From positions 138,678 to 202,677 of IMG/VR virus record IMGVR_UViG_3300037067_013225: a stretch of 64,000 nt of DNA, one strand, 5' to 3'. The notes beneath the pieces are model-generated. The model did no database searches. It was not told the DNA's origin and saw only the letters and a list, made by a program, of their open reading frames with translations. The first letter of the stretch is position 1, and each line of letters starts with the position of its first letter. The position numbers and the translations under genes were made by a program. The stretch is from a virus (lineage: Duplodnaviria; Caudoviricetes). Positions 9,736 to 19,619 of the stretch are shown one piece after another.

Positions 9736-11733
9736 TCATTGTGCATATGGATGTCCGTATTTATTGATATATTCTGCGCTAAAATTATACTGATATTCTG
9801 GATCTAAATCTGTTGGATATTTATCGAACAAAATAATTCCTACACGGCCCTCATTTCGTTGAACATAGATAGAGCAGCCCTTTAAGTTATGTTCATATGC
9901 GGCAATATATATTTTCTCTATTTCTGCCGGTGATGCATTATTCTCGTTAAGATTATATGTTACAGACACAGATGCATCGATCCATTTCTGAATACCTTCC
10001 ATGAGGGATATTTTTTTGCGCCAATTAATTTCATGTGCAACTTTGCATTCTTTTTTTGTGATTGCGGAATCCATTAATGCGATTTTTTCTTGGTCGGTAG
10101 ATAATAGTTCCGGATCTATTCCGGTGCGTTCTAGGACAATTTGCCGTGCCACAGGATGTAAAATCAGTTGCCAGCGCCATTCATAGGGATAATTTTTCGG
10201 CACCACTCTAGTTCTGCGATAGTACCAAGTATCCATGATTGGCTCTACTCCTGATGACGACTTCAATATGATTGATCCCGTACCAACAGGAGGTATTGTC
10301 AAACAACATACATTTCTCATTCCGTATTCGAAATCGCTATATTGGAACGTACCAGAATCGATTAAATGTTTCATAAATCCGGATTTAAATATCGGATGCT
10401 GAGAAATGACGTGCTTGGCTCTATCAACTTTCCACAAACACCACGGTTTTCCATGAGATGATATAGTAGAATCATCCCATGCCGGATATGGTTCACGTTC
10501 TTTAGCCAACTTAATACTCTGTTTATACGCACCGATACACATTGCGCGAGTTAATTGTTCCGCGATATCGCATGCGCGATCTGAATCGTAAGCTATTCCA
10601 CAGCGCAATAGATAGTCGGCTAGCCCGGTATATCCTACGCCAACACGACGCAATGCTTCTAAATCCTTGCGCTGTATAACTGTGGGACAGCGATCATCTC
10701 TAAGCTGGCAGGATACCGTGTTATCTAGGAAATGTAATATTTCTCCCGCACGTGATTCTACCAACACCAAGGCTTTATCAAGATCGATTGGAAGATCGGC
10801 TAGATTAATATTGGATAACACACATGACGATCCATTTGATAGGATTTCCTCCGAGCAGCCATTAACCGATGCTATAGGATATCCTATGGCATCACTGTTG
10901 GACATGCGTTGTGATGTAGACCAATATAATAACCCAGGTTCAGCATGTTCGTATGCATTCTGGGCGATTAGCTTCATTAATTTGCGTGCTTTAATAGTTT
11001 TGTATATTTTGTTGTCGAAGGTTAGATCCCATGTTGCGTTCTTTTTATACGCTTCGAAAAATGCATTGCTTATTTTTATGGAAATGTTAGCGGATTGAAT
11101 TTTAGTATAGTCGCTTTTAACCGTAATAAATTCTTCTATATCGGGATGATTATCGTCAATGCATAATAGAAGCGCGCCGCGCCTATTGTGCGCGGCGATC
11201 AATCCGGTTGTTTGACTAAATAGTTGCATCCATGAAACCGCACCGGTGGAGGTTTTTGCCGCATTGTGTGTGGGTGATCCAGCGGGACGTAGAGCGGTCA
11301 TGTCATAGCCAAGCCCTTCTCCGCGAGAACTGACTTTGGCGGTAATATATGCGGCTTCAAATATCCCTTCTAATGAATCTGCCTCTATGGGATCTCCGTT
11401 TCTATCTACGCCCAATGCGAATCCGGTGCAATTAATTAGAGATGTTTTGTCGGTATTTCCTGCACCATATATGATGCGTCCACCCGGAATAAATTCGCGA
11501 TTGAACATCATTGAAAACCATTTTAGAGCCTTGGCCTGTTGTGAAGCTTTGTCTGGCTCTACTGATGCTATATATGTAGCTATACGCCAAAATACTTCGC
11601 CGGGAGTTTCTTTTGTTCCATCGGGCTTATCTAGGGCATATTTGCGATTAAATACATCTATTGCAAATTGATCGTGATTGAAATATTCTTCCGTTGTGAT
11701 TGCTATTTCTGTCGGTTGCGATTGCTGTGTCAA
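9736..11733 (-). CDS. nrdJ: Class II (adenosylcobalamin-dependent) ribonucleotide reductase, catalytic subunit (NrdJa-like)
   Basis: FIPGGRI..GAG, SLINC, RRGALL, SANISI, EPGLL, NGCSE (NPCGE variant), RRVGVGYTGLAD, TIPPVGTGS, SSGVEP, KGCSIY. Confidence 0.9.
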   Translation of the reverse strand: MTQQSQPTEIAITTEEYFNHDQFAIDVFNRKYALDKPDGTKETPGEVFWRIATYIASVEPDKASQQAKALKWFSMMFNREFIPGGRIIYGAGNTDKTSLINCTGFALGVDRNGDPIEADSLEGIFEAAYITAKVSSRGEGLGYDMTALRPAGSPTHNAAKTSTGAVSWMQLFSQTTGLIAAHNRRGALLLCIDDNHPDIEEFITVKSDYTKIQSANISIKISNAFFEAYKKNATWDLTFDNKIYKTIKARKLMKLIAQNAYEHAEPGLLYWSTSQRMSNSDAIGYPIASVNGCSEEILSNGSSCVLSNINLADLPIDLDKALVLVESRAGEILHFLDNTVSCQLRDDRCPTVIQRKDLEALRRVGVGYTGLADYLLRCGIAYDSDRACDIAEQLTRAMCIGAYKQSIKLAKEREPYPAWDDSTISSHGKPWCLWKVDRAKHVISQHPIFKSGFMKHLIDSGTFQYSDFEYGMRNVCCLTIPPVGTGSIILKSSSGVEPIMDTWYYRRTRVVPKNYPYEWRWQLILHPVARQIVLERTGIDPELLSTDQEKIALMDSAITKKECKVAHEINWRKKISLMEGIQKWIDASVSVTYNLNENNASPAEIEKIYIAAYEHNLKGCSIYVQRNEGRVGIILFDKYPTDLDPEYQYNFSAEYINKYGHPYAQ

Positions 11734-11736
11734 GTG

Positions 11737-13032
11737 TTATTCCTCGAAAAATTTACCATATAGCGCATTCATTATTTCGCTCGATTGTATAGCTTGCAAT
11801 CCGCGCTTCTTCCATTCCCAATTAACCTGAAAGTCATGGCACCATATTTGGATGGGCATTTTACCGCAAGGGCAATGCAATCCCTCATTGGTAGCGATTA
11901 ATCTGCCATGATTTAGTTGTTCCATTCTATTGCAATCATCGTAAGAACAGCAAGTGAACGGATGAAACATGCCGCATTTTTGATATTCATTAAATGAAGC
12001 TACTTCGTCATCTGTAAATGGTGCTTCTTTTTTCATTTAAGTTTTTCCTTAACTTCCGCAAGGAAATCGTCTACGATATCCGATAGTGCGGAACTCCATT
12101 GTTTGCTATTTGATAGACGTTGTTCCAGTTTATCGATATATTCGGTTAGACATCCTACATGCGTTTGTGCATATCTTCCCGTTCCAAATAATCCGCGTGG
12201 TACATAGATTGACGGCCAACGAGACGGCTTGCCAGACCATGGTTCACACGGTTCGCCACACAAACAACACGGATCTGTTGCATGTACATCTGTTTGGCTG
12301 GACAAAATCGTTTCCAGTTCAGATATGCGTTTTTGATATTCCTCAATCATATCCGTTTGTATTTCTAATTCTACGCATTTCTGACATTGTGTTGTCCCCT
12401 CCCATAGCTCGTCAGAATATCCACCATAGCGGGGGAACATGGCTCCACAGGTTGAACAGATATGAACATCAGATAGACTGTTGTTCTGCACTTTCAAATT
12501 CGCAACCAATGCATTGAGGGCATCCACTTCTATGCACTTAGAACATCGCGTTACTCCATCCCACGCGGCATCCGGCAACCCGCGTCGATCAAACATTGCA
12601 CCACATGTAGAGCAGGTGAATAGATCGGATAGATTATTGATGCGTGTATTTTTTGCATCAAGTTGACGTACCACTGATTCAGGCAACTCAATCATTTCGT
12701 TATAATCTTCTCCGCAACCTAGATTGCACCACCAAAGACGATTTTGCGGGTGATAACCGCACACTTTACATGCATAATGTTTATCCATCTTCAACCTCGC
12801 ATTCATCATCTGATGATGCCCAAGCGATCATATCCGGAGTCAAACTAATCGTGCATTCACCTCGCCCGCACTTGGCGAGAACGCACATTTTGGCAAATCT
12901 TGGACGTGGTGTGTTACATTTGGGGCATACCAATAATCCATCTGCATATATTTGTTCGCAGTTGATATTTATGGTAAAATCTACTCGTTCGTAGCAATCC
13001 TTCCCCATACAACCGTAATTATGTTCACTCAT
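11737..13032 (-). other. Three Cys-rich hypothetical genes (11737-12036, 12033-12809, 12781-13032)
   Basis: CxxC-rich ORFs; 12033-12809 contains a duplicated CSTCGAMF...W.G.T.C.KC module. Confidence 0.6.
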
Positions 13033-13198
13033 TTATCCTTTCCTTGAAAGATCCCTAGATTGTTCTCTTACTTTTGATGCGAAATCCCCACCCAGCGGCT
13101 CTAATAAATCTTCACTTTGCGTTTCATAAATATATAATTCCTCCATACAATTGGGACATATGCCATCATACATACGGCATCCGCAATCTTCGCAATAA

Positions 13199-13936
13199 CT
13201 ATATGTGGACATGTTCTCTCCTTAGAAATAGCTTTTCTGTAGCCTTTTTAGAGGCAATATCTTTCGTTAATGACGAACAAACATTCTGAGACCACAAACA
13301 TACCCAATCTGGCGGTGCGTTATATTCGGAGACAAAAACCGGATTAGTTTGCGATTGGATATTGCACCACTCCCAAAATTCATCATGCGAAAAAGGTATT
13401 TCATACTGTGTGCTATTTTGATATGGCGGATCGCAATACACTAGGGTATTTTTGGGTATGAATAGATCTTTGTAATTCATAGATATAAATTTTACGGTTT
13501 GAATATGTGGTAATTGTTTTAATACGTTATTTTTGCTTTCTAGACAGTGATTTCTTGGATCGCCATTCTTATTCTTACTTCGTGCATATCCACCAAACCA
13601 CTTTCCCGCATAAGAACATCCCACACCGATAAAACCAATATTAGCGGCAATGTCACGTTCTTTGGCGAATGATTCGCGACTTAGCAATCTATAGAAATTG
13701 TAAGTTTTTTCATCCAAGTCATCGGGTGGTATCCATCCGTTTTGTAGAGCCTGGAACATTTTTATTACGTAGATATTGATATCATTGCCGATGCGATTGA
13801 AAGTGGGAGGCACTTTTTCGATTAGATTAGCACCTCCCACGAAGGGTTCTAGCCAATTGGCGCGATTTGGCGCATATTTGAGCATTACCTGGATAAGCTC
13901 AGCCGCATATTTGGATTTCGAACCCATGTACTTCAT
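13199..13936 (-). CDS. DNA adenine methyltransferase (D12/Dam-like class)
   Basis: KYMGSKSK, EPFVGGAN, GNDIN, VYCDPPY, FVSEY. Confidence 0.85.
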   Translation of the reverse strand: MKYMGSKSKYAAELIQVMLKYAPNRANWLEPFVGGANLIEKVPPTFNRIGNDINIYVIKMFQALQNGWIPPDDLDEKTYNFYRLLSRESFAKERDIAANIGFIGVGCSYAGKWFGGYARSKNKNGDPRNHCLESKNNVLKQLPHIQTVKFISMNYKDLFIPKNTLVYCDPPYQNSTQYEIPFSHDEFWEWCNIQSQTNPVFVSEYNAPPDWVCLWSQNVCSSLTKDIASKKATEKLFLRREHVHI

Positions 13937-14251
13937 TTATTCGCCGCCCAATTTCTTCAGCAGATTATTCCAAATTGCTTCAAGCTCCTCCTTATCAAAA
14001 TTCGCAATCATCTTCTTGAACCACGCCGTAAGCTTTGCAAACTTGCGTTCGCCCAGCTTATATAGCTTGATCAATCCGATATGTACGGCAAAATCGGTAA
14101 TCTTATCGTCTAGCTTGGATAAATCCAACACATCCAAATCGCCAAATTTCTTTTCCAACTTGGCCTTTAGTGTGTCGATAAGTGCGGGATCAATTTGCAA
14201 TCCCTTACCCTTCACCAGCTCTACGAAATTTAAAAACTGACGCTTGTTCAT
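13937..14251 (-). CDS. Hypothetical protein
   Basis: ORF with GGAG SD. Confidence 0.6.
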   Translation of the reverse strand: MNKRQFLNFVELVKGKGLQIDPALIDTLKAKLEKKFGDLDVLDLSKLDDKITDFAVHIGLIKLYKLGERKFAKLTAWFKKMIANFDKEELEAIWNNLLKKLGGE

Positions 14252-14295
14252 ACGTACTCCTAAAAAATATTACCTATTTATGATATTAATATTTA

Positions 14296-14925
14296 TCAAA
14301 AATCAATTTCTTGAAATTCTTTTAATTCAGAGTTCAGGGCGGCAATGGCGATATCAGCAAAGTTTATGTTTGGATTAGCTTGTGCGGCACAAAGAGCAGC
14401 ATGAGCAGCATAAGCGGCAGTATGAGCACCACTAGTACCAGCGGCATAAGCAACATAATAAGCAACATTAGTGATACTAGCAGCAGCATAAGTAGCATGA
14501 ACGGCAGCGTAATAAGCGGCAGCGGTATTAGCAGCAGCACGAGGATGAGTTTTAGCCCGAAGCTTCCCTGATACAGTTTTGGCAGTCTCGGAGCTTCGAT
14601 CCGTTCCATCAATCCAGGCATTCGCCCACGAAACGAACACAGGATCGTTGTACACGGCTAGCGCGCATTGGATCGCAAACCACTGACGCTGAACAAGAGT
14701 GAATTCCGGCACATAGGTCTCTCGCAGAAGTGTGAATTCGCCGTCAAAGCGCAGAAGATTATTTTTCTTGCCAGATGCTTCAAAAATCCTAAGATGTCCG
14801 AATCTCTCGAATATGGGGGTCGAAAGTACAGCTAATTCCGGGTTGGCGTAAGCAAAACCGAAGCGTTTTATGCCGATTTCCCACAAACCATCATTGTTCA
14901 TGTTTTCGTCTGTGATCACATACAT
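14296..14925 (-). CDS. Ala-rich variable paralogue family member 1, IDF-tagged
   Basis: Shared core PELAVL..RIFEASG..FTLLRET..QWFAIQCALAV..PVFVSWANAWI.GTDRS; ends FQEIDF. Confidence 0.85.
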   Translation of the reverse strand: MYVITDENMNNDGLWEIGIKRFGFAYANPELAVLSTPIFERFGHLRIFEASGKKNNLLRFDGEFTLLRETYVPEFTLVQRQWFAIQCALAVYNDPVFVSWANAWIDGTDRSSETAKTVSGKLRAKTHPRAAANTAAAYYAAVHATYAAASITNVAYYVAYAAGTSGAHTAAYAAHAALCAAQANPNINFADIAIAALNSELKEFQEIDF

Positions 14926-14930
14926 ATTTA

Positions 14931-15077
14931 TCAGAAATCGATCATGGTCAATGGTTTGTCATCCGGAGTATCTGGTGTATCATCGCCAAGGCGCGGCATT
15001 CCCATTCCCCATGAGGCGAATGCCTTAGCCCATAATTTGGGCCAGATATAGTTATCGACGCAATCTTCCGTATTCAT
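14931..15077 (-). CDS. 48-aa protein absent from the ORF track, IDF-tagged
   Basis: Manual translation MNTEDCVDNYIWPKLWAKAFASWGMGMPRLGDDTPDTPDDKPLTMIDF*; GAGGAG upstream. Confidence 0.75.
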   Translation of the reverse strand: MNTEDCVDNYIWPKLWAKAFASWGMGMPRLGDDTPDTPDDKPLTMIDF

Positions 15078-15082
15078 CTAAA

Positions 15083-15418
15083 TCACTCCTCTCCGCAATT
15101 TTCACATTTCACCATAGCGGGATTTATTAGCGAGGTTTGTATTGCGTTAATAAATCCGCATTTTCTGCATCTAAAAAATTTCCAATATATCACCGCTGGA
15201 AAGATCGGTATCAGCATCAAGGCTCTACAAAAAGCTACTAAACCAATCACTCCGCCATTATATAGGGCCAAATACCAAAATCCATATCGGCTCAAAACAA
15301 CCATACCCCATCCGTATGCGGTTATGGTTACTACCATTATACCATAAGCTAGTGCAAAAAGCAAGGCTATTTGGAGGCAATATTGTAGAGCGCTGGCTGC
15401 GCCAGATGTAAGTTTCAT
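15083..15418 (-). CDS. Membrane protein with C-terminal Zn ribbon
   Basis: Hydrophobic segments then CRKC...CENC. Confidence 0.6.
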   Translation of the reverse strand: MKLTSGAASALQYCLQIALLFALAYGIMVVTITAYGWGMVVLSRYGFWYLALYNGGVIGLVAFCRALMLIPIFPAVIYWKFFRCRKCGFINAIQTSLINPAMVKCENCGEE

Positions 15419-15425
15419 AGTTTCC

Positions 15426-15743
15426 TCAGAAATCGATCATTGTTAGTTCTTTATATTTTAGAGATTCGGGTATTAGTGCTTCCAATTTATCTATGCAATC
15501 TTGCTTACTTCCTTGATGAAGTACACCACCACCACACTCCATCAACATGATAATGTCATTGCGACAAGTATATGCTTTGTAATTACCATCGACTGGTACT
15601 ATATTCCCATATAAACGGTTGTTTATATCTACACAGAACAGACAAGAGTCTCTATATTCTGTATACCATGATCTCTCTGTATACCATGATCTCGATCCTT
15701 TTTCGCGCATTTCTTGAGGCAATTCGTCCCATGATACCATCAT
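15426..15743 (-). CDS. Hypothetical protein, IDF-tagged (LTMIDF*)
   Basis: ORF track; contains tandem RSWYTE duplication. Confidence 0.75.
   Translation of the reverse strand: MMVSWDELPQEMREKGSRSWYTERSWYTEYRDSCLFCVDINNRLYGNIVPVDGNYKAYTCRNDIIMLMECGGGVLHQGSKQDCIDKLEALIPESLKYKELTMIDF
15658..15693. repeat. Perfect 18-bp tandem duplication
   Basis: TCTGTATACCATGATCTC x2. Confidence 0.9.
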
Positions 15744-16324
15744 TAGAAGTCAATCTCCCAAAATTCTTTTTCAAACCATATCGCTTGCCGTGCAAGATCG
15801 GCATAATCTATGCCTGGGATGCCATCCGTGGCAGAAACGTAGCTATCAAAATGGAGAGCGCTAGCATAAATGATAGATTTAACGGCCCAAGCGGGGCTAG
15901 TATAGAGGAGGGAGTCAAATTTTCTAATCTCATCGAGAACAGTTTTGGCAGTCTCAACGCTTCGATCCGTTCCATTGATCCAGGCATTCGCCCACGAGAC
16001 GAACACAGGATCATTGCAGACTTTTAATGCGCATTGAATTGCAAACCACTGACGCTGAACAAGAGTGAATTCTGGCACATGGGTCTCTCGCAAAAGTGTG
16101 AACTTACCGCTAGAGCGCAGAGGATGGTTCATTTCTCCCGATGCTTCAAAAATCCTAGGGTGGTCGAATTTCACATATGCGGGTTGTACAAGCACCGCTA
16201 GCTCCGGACTGGTATAGGCACGACCACAATATATTTCACCGATTTCAACCGGAGTACCATTGGGGATATTCCCAGCTATAACCACATATGAAATTTTCTC
16301 ACACATATTTAATACGCGCTCCAT
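15743..16324 (-). CDS. Paralogue family member 2, IDF-tagged (FWEIDF*)
   Basis: Same conserved core as 14296-14925 but different N-terminus and variable segment. Confidence 0.85.
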   Translation of the reverse strand: MERVLNMCEKISYVVIAGNIPNGTPVEIGEIYCGRAYTSPELAVLVQPAYVKFDHPRIFEASGEMNHPLRSSGKFTLLRETHVPEFTLVQRQWFAIQCALKVCNDPVFVSWANAWINGTDRSVETAKTVLDEIRKFDSLLYTSPAWAVKSIIYASALHFDSYVSATDGIPGIDYADLARQAIWFEKEFWEIDF

Positions 16325-19300
16325 AAACCTCTCTCAGCCAATGTAGTGTTGGTTCGTCAATATAGCCGGTTGTTTTTACCTCTCGTCTCGTTCTCCCCAC
16401 AACAGAATAAATCACGATATCGCAATCTCCGGTTGGTAAATCCTCCAGCAGTGGCTCTACAAATTCATCTGCAACACGTATCATTAATGTAGAACCTTGG
16501 GGTTCCCATAAGTTTAGTTGTGATGGGTCTTGTATTTTTACTCTACATGATGGCAAATATATATCGCCATCTTCACCGCATTCTGTGCTCAATTGTCCAG
16601 ATATCGTTATAGGTAGACGTTCTTTTTTCGCCCGTGTTAAAATATCTATTTTCTCTTCCACAACCTTACTGAATCCAATAGCTTTTAAATTTTGCAATCC
16701 ATCCGTTATTATAATATTCACATATGGAGATTTATTCTTTTTCGTTGCTTCGATGCTAAAATCTTCCACAAATCCGATAACACTAATATGTGGTGCAATA
16801 TTGTTCAAAACGTCCGATGGTTTGATATACGATAGTTGCTTAAAGCATGCGTGTGCCATATACGGATTATATGTGAAGAAATCGCCCAAAACATCATATT
16901 CGGCATAAGCTTGATCATCTTGAGTCGTAACGATAGTTGTACCGGTTAATAACGATAATGCATCATCACGACCGCACAAAGTATCAAAAGCACCCGCATT
17001 AATTAATGCCTCAACAACGCGCTTGTTGCATTGGCGTTTGGGTACGCGAGTTATGAAATCGTCCACAGATGAAAAGGGACGCAGTTCTAGAAGTATTTTT
17101 AGAGCCGCAGGTCCAACACCTTTGATTCCCCCCAAACCAATACGTATAGCTGGATCAGGATCATATTCCACCGTATAGGATTGTCCGGAAGTATTGATGT
17201 TGGGCAAAAGTAAGCGATATCCGCCTTGACGAATATTATTTACAACACCCTTAATTTCTTCCGATTTGCCAATATATGAGTTTAATACAGCGCAATAGAA
17301 CTCTGTTGGAAAATAATGTTTCAACCAAAGCGTCTTATATGCTAGGGCCGCATAAGACATTGCGTGGCCCATGTTGAATGCATATAGCGCAGCATCTTTG
17401 ATTTGTTTTACGATGTACTCGATTTGATTGTGCGTATAGCCATTTTTGATAGCGCCTTGTTCGAAATCGTCCAACAGCAAGGCCATCTTTTCGGGAATTT
17501 TTTTCCCGCAAGCACTTCGGAGATCGTCTGCTTTTGCTGGTGTAAAACCGGCTATTTTTTTGGCAATTTCCATAATTTGTTCCTGATATACCATAATGCC
17601 GCGAGAGCTTTTTAATAGCTGATTTAGAGCGGATATTTTGTGTTTAAATCCACCCTTGACATATTGATCTGCCCAACCAGACATAGATACACCAGGGCGG
17701 ATGATTGAGATTACATCTGCCAATTCCAACTCATTTTTTGGATTTGTCGCTCGATAGTATTTTTGAGCCAAAGCGGAGCTTAATTGGAAGATATTATCTA
17801 AGCCATGTTCCGCCGCTAAAACACTCGTATCGGAAAAGTCCGAATATTCCGGTATGATTTGCTCAGCGTGGCGCTGTTTGATGAAGTGTTCTGCTTCTTC
17901 GATTACGGTAACATTGCGTAGTCCGAGGAAATCAAACTTGATTTGTTTAGTAAATTTCTCTACCGATTCCATATCGAATTCAATCACCGGGAAAGCATCC
18001 TCATCACCTCGTCGCACAGGTACAATATGATCGATATTGGTGCGACTCATAACGATACCAGATGCATGAATGCCGCGCGCGGAATATCCACCCTCAAGAG
18101 GTTTGGCGAGTTGAACAACTTTCTGTAGATTGTTTCTTGTAATGAAATCGGCCACTTGTTTTTGTTTAATATTCCAATCCAGACTTACTAAATTCCGTGT
18201 TCCCGGTTCGCTTTCCGTTAATAGTTCTGTGAATTCGTTCATGGTGGTAGCAGATACGCCCAATGCTGTCCCTACCGCCTTGACGGCGGTTTTAACAGTA
18301 TAGCGCAGGTGCGTCCCCAAGTGGTAAACATGCCCGTAAGTTTCACTTAGATGCTCTAAGAATCTATCTCTACCAGTCCTAGATATATCACAATCGATAT
18401 CTATCATGGATGTGTATGTACGTTTGCCATTTTCTATTTTGATACGGCCTTCGTTTAGAAATCGCGCAAAATCTAAATTATAATGAACCGGATCGAATGC
18501 CGTGATACCGCATAAATAATTAACCAACGAGCTTGCACTGCTACCTCTCGATGGACCTGTAGCGATATGATTATTCCGGCACCAATCTAGTTCATCTGCG
18601 ACGATTAACAGATAATTAGAGAAGCCGAAATCTGCGATGATTTTAAGCTCTTCTTTTAGACGTTCATTATATTGGGGGATGTTGAGAGATTTTTTTTCTA
18701 GAGCCAAGGCGCATTTTGCTGCCAAAATGGTAGATGCCGTTTCTTCATCTAGTACGGTATCGTTTAATTTAAATTGGGGCAGATTGTAATCTTCTACCGA
18801 TGGATTAAATATCTCTATGCGATCTGCTATTTCTCCACTTTGATGGACATATTTATCATCAAATTGATCGAGCATTTCTTGCTCGCTCTTGAAATAAAAC
18901 GATTCGTCATAGACATATACGAAATTTTTATCGCCAAGCTTTTTAGATTGTTTTTTGGATAGGAGGATTTTATGAGTATCTAGATGCGACGGTTCGACAA
19001 AATGAACGTCGTTTGTGGCGACTACAGGTAGGCTATATTTTCCAGCTAAAGCGATTATTTGCGCATTAAGTGGTTCTTGGATATCTACGGATGGATGTTT
19101 TTGCACTTCTAAATAAAAGCGGTCTTTGAAAATATCATTCCACCGTTGTAAGCGTTCCTCAGCCTCCAAGGCTCTATCATCTTTCAATAATTTGCATATC
19201 AGTCCTCCCACACATGCACTTAAGCTTATTATCCCCTCATTATGTTGTTCTATTTCATTCCACGATATTCTCGGTCTGTAATAAAATCCCTCAGTATTAG

Positions 19301-19619
19301 CTATGGAGGAGAGTTTTACCAGATTATGATACCCTGAGAGATTCTCTGCAAGTAATACTACGTGAGAATATTCTTTGGATTTTTGTTCTTTTTGCTGATT
19401 TAATGCTATGTCGGAGAAATAGAATTCCGCTCCGAATATGGGTTTGATGTTATGTTTCGATGCCGATTTGTATAATTCTGCAAACGGTGACACAGTTCCA
19501 TGTTCAGTTAAGGCTACCGCTGGCATATTTAGTGCGGCGGCTTTGGCGCAAATAGCATCTACACTGCCGAGAGCATCGTTCAAGCTATGTGTAGAATGAT
19601 GGTGCAACGATATATACAT
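16299..19619 (-). CDS. dnaE: DNA polymerase III alpha subunit (family C)
   Basis: PHP domain HHHSTHSLNDALG / TEHG / TNDVHF; DIDCD; GIHASG; KFDFLGL; VYQEQIM; YAFNMGHA; HhH and OB fold. Confidence 0.95.
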   Translation of the reverse strand: MYISLHHHSTHSLNDALGSVDAICAKAAALNMPAVALTEHGTVSPFAELYKSASKHNIKPIFGAEFYFSDIALNQQKEQKSKEYSHVVLLAENLSGYHNLVKLSSIANTEGFYYRPRISWNEIEQHNEGIISLSACVGGLICKLLKDDRALEAEERLQRWNDIFKDRFYLEVQKHPSVDIQEPLNAQIIALAGKYSLPVVATNDVHFVEPSHLDTHKILLSKKQSKKLGDKNFVYVYDESFYFKSEQEMLDQFDDKYVHQSGEIADRIEIFNPSVEDYNLPQFKLNDTVLDEETASTILAAKCALALEKKSLNIPQYNERLKEELKIIADFGFSNYLLIVADELDWCRNNHIATGPSRGSSASSLVNYLCGITAFDPVHYNLDFARFLNEGRIKIENGKRTYTSMIDIDCDISRTGRDRFLEHLSETYGHVYHLGTHLRYTVKTAVKAVGTALGVSATTMNEFTELLTESEPGTRNLVSLDWNIKQKQVADFITRNNLQKVVQLAKPLEGGYSARGIHASGIVMSRTNIDHIVPVRRGDEDAFPVIEFDMESVEKFTKQIKFDFLGLRNVTVIEEAEHFIKQRHAEQIIPEYSDFSDTSVLAAEHGLDNIFQLSSALAQKYYRATNPKNELELADVISIIRPGVSMSGWADQYVKGGFKHKISALNQLLKSSRGIMVYQEQIMEIAKKIAGFTPAKADDLRSACGKKIPEKMALLLDDFEQGAIKNGYTHNQIEYIVKQIKDAALYAFNMGHAMSYAALAYKTLWLKHYFPTEFYCAVLNSYIGKSEEIKGVVNNIRQGGYRLLLPNINTSGQSYTVEYDPDPAIRIGLGGIKGVGPAALKILLELRPFSSVDDFITRVPKRQCNKRVVEALINAGAFDTLCGRDDALSLLTGTTIVTTQDDQAYAEYDVLGDFFTYNPYMAHACFKQLSYIKPSDVLNNIAPHISVIGFVEDFSIEATKKNKSPYVNIIITDGLQNLKAIGFSKVVEEKIDILTRAKKERLPITISGQLSTECGEDGDIYLPSCRVKIQDPSQLNLWEPQGSTLMIRVADEFVEPLLEDLPTGDCDIVIYSVVGRTRREVKTTGYIDEPTLHWLREVYGARIKYV

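Noticed and set aside
14364-14621. Leu/Met-rich and Ser-rich alternative-frame ORFs (also 14380-14571, 19687-19941, 60288-60506)
   Set aside because: Frame shadows of the GCT-rich Ala segments, which lack stops in other frames.
9736-19619. Inteins or introns in nrdJ and dnaE (also dnaB, recA)
   Set aside because: ORFs are continuous and of normal or short length, with no intein-like insertion visible.
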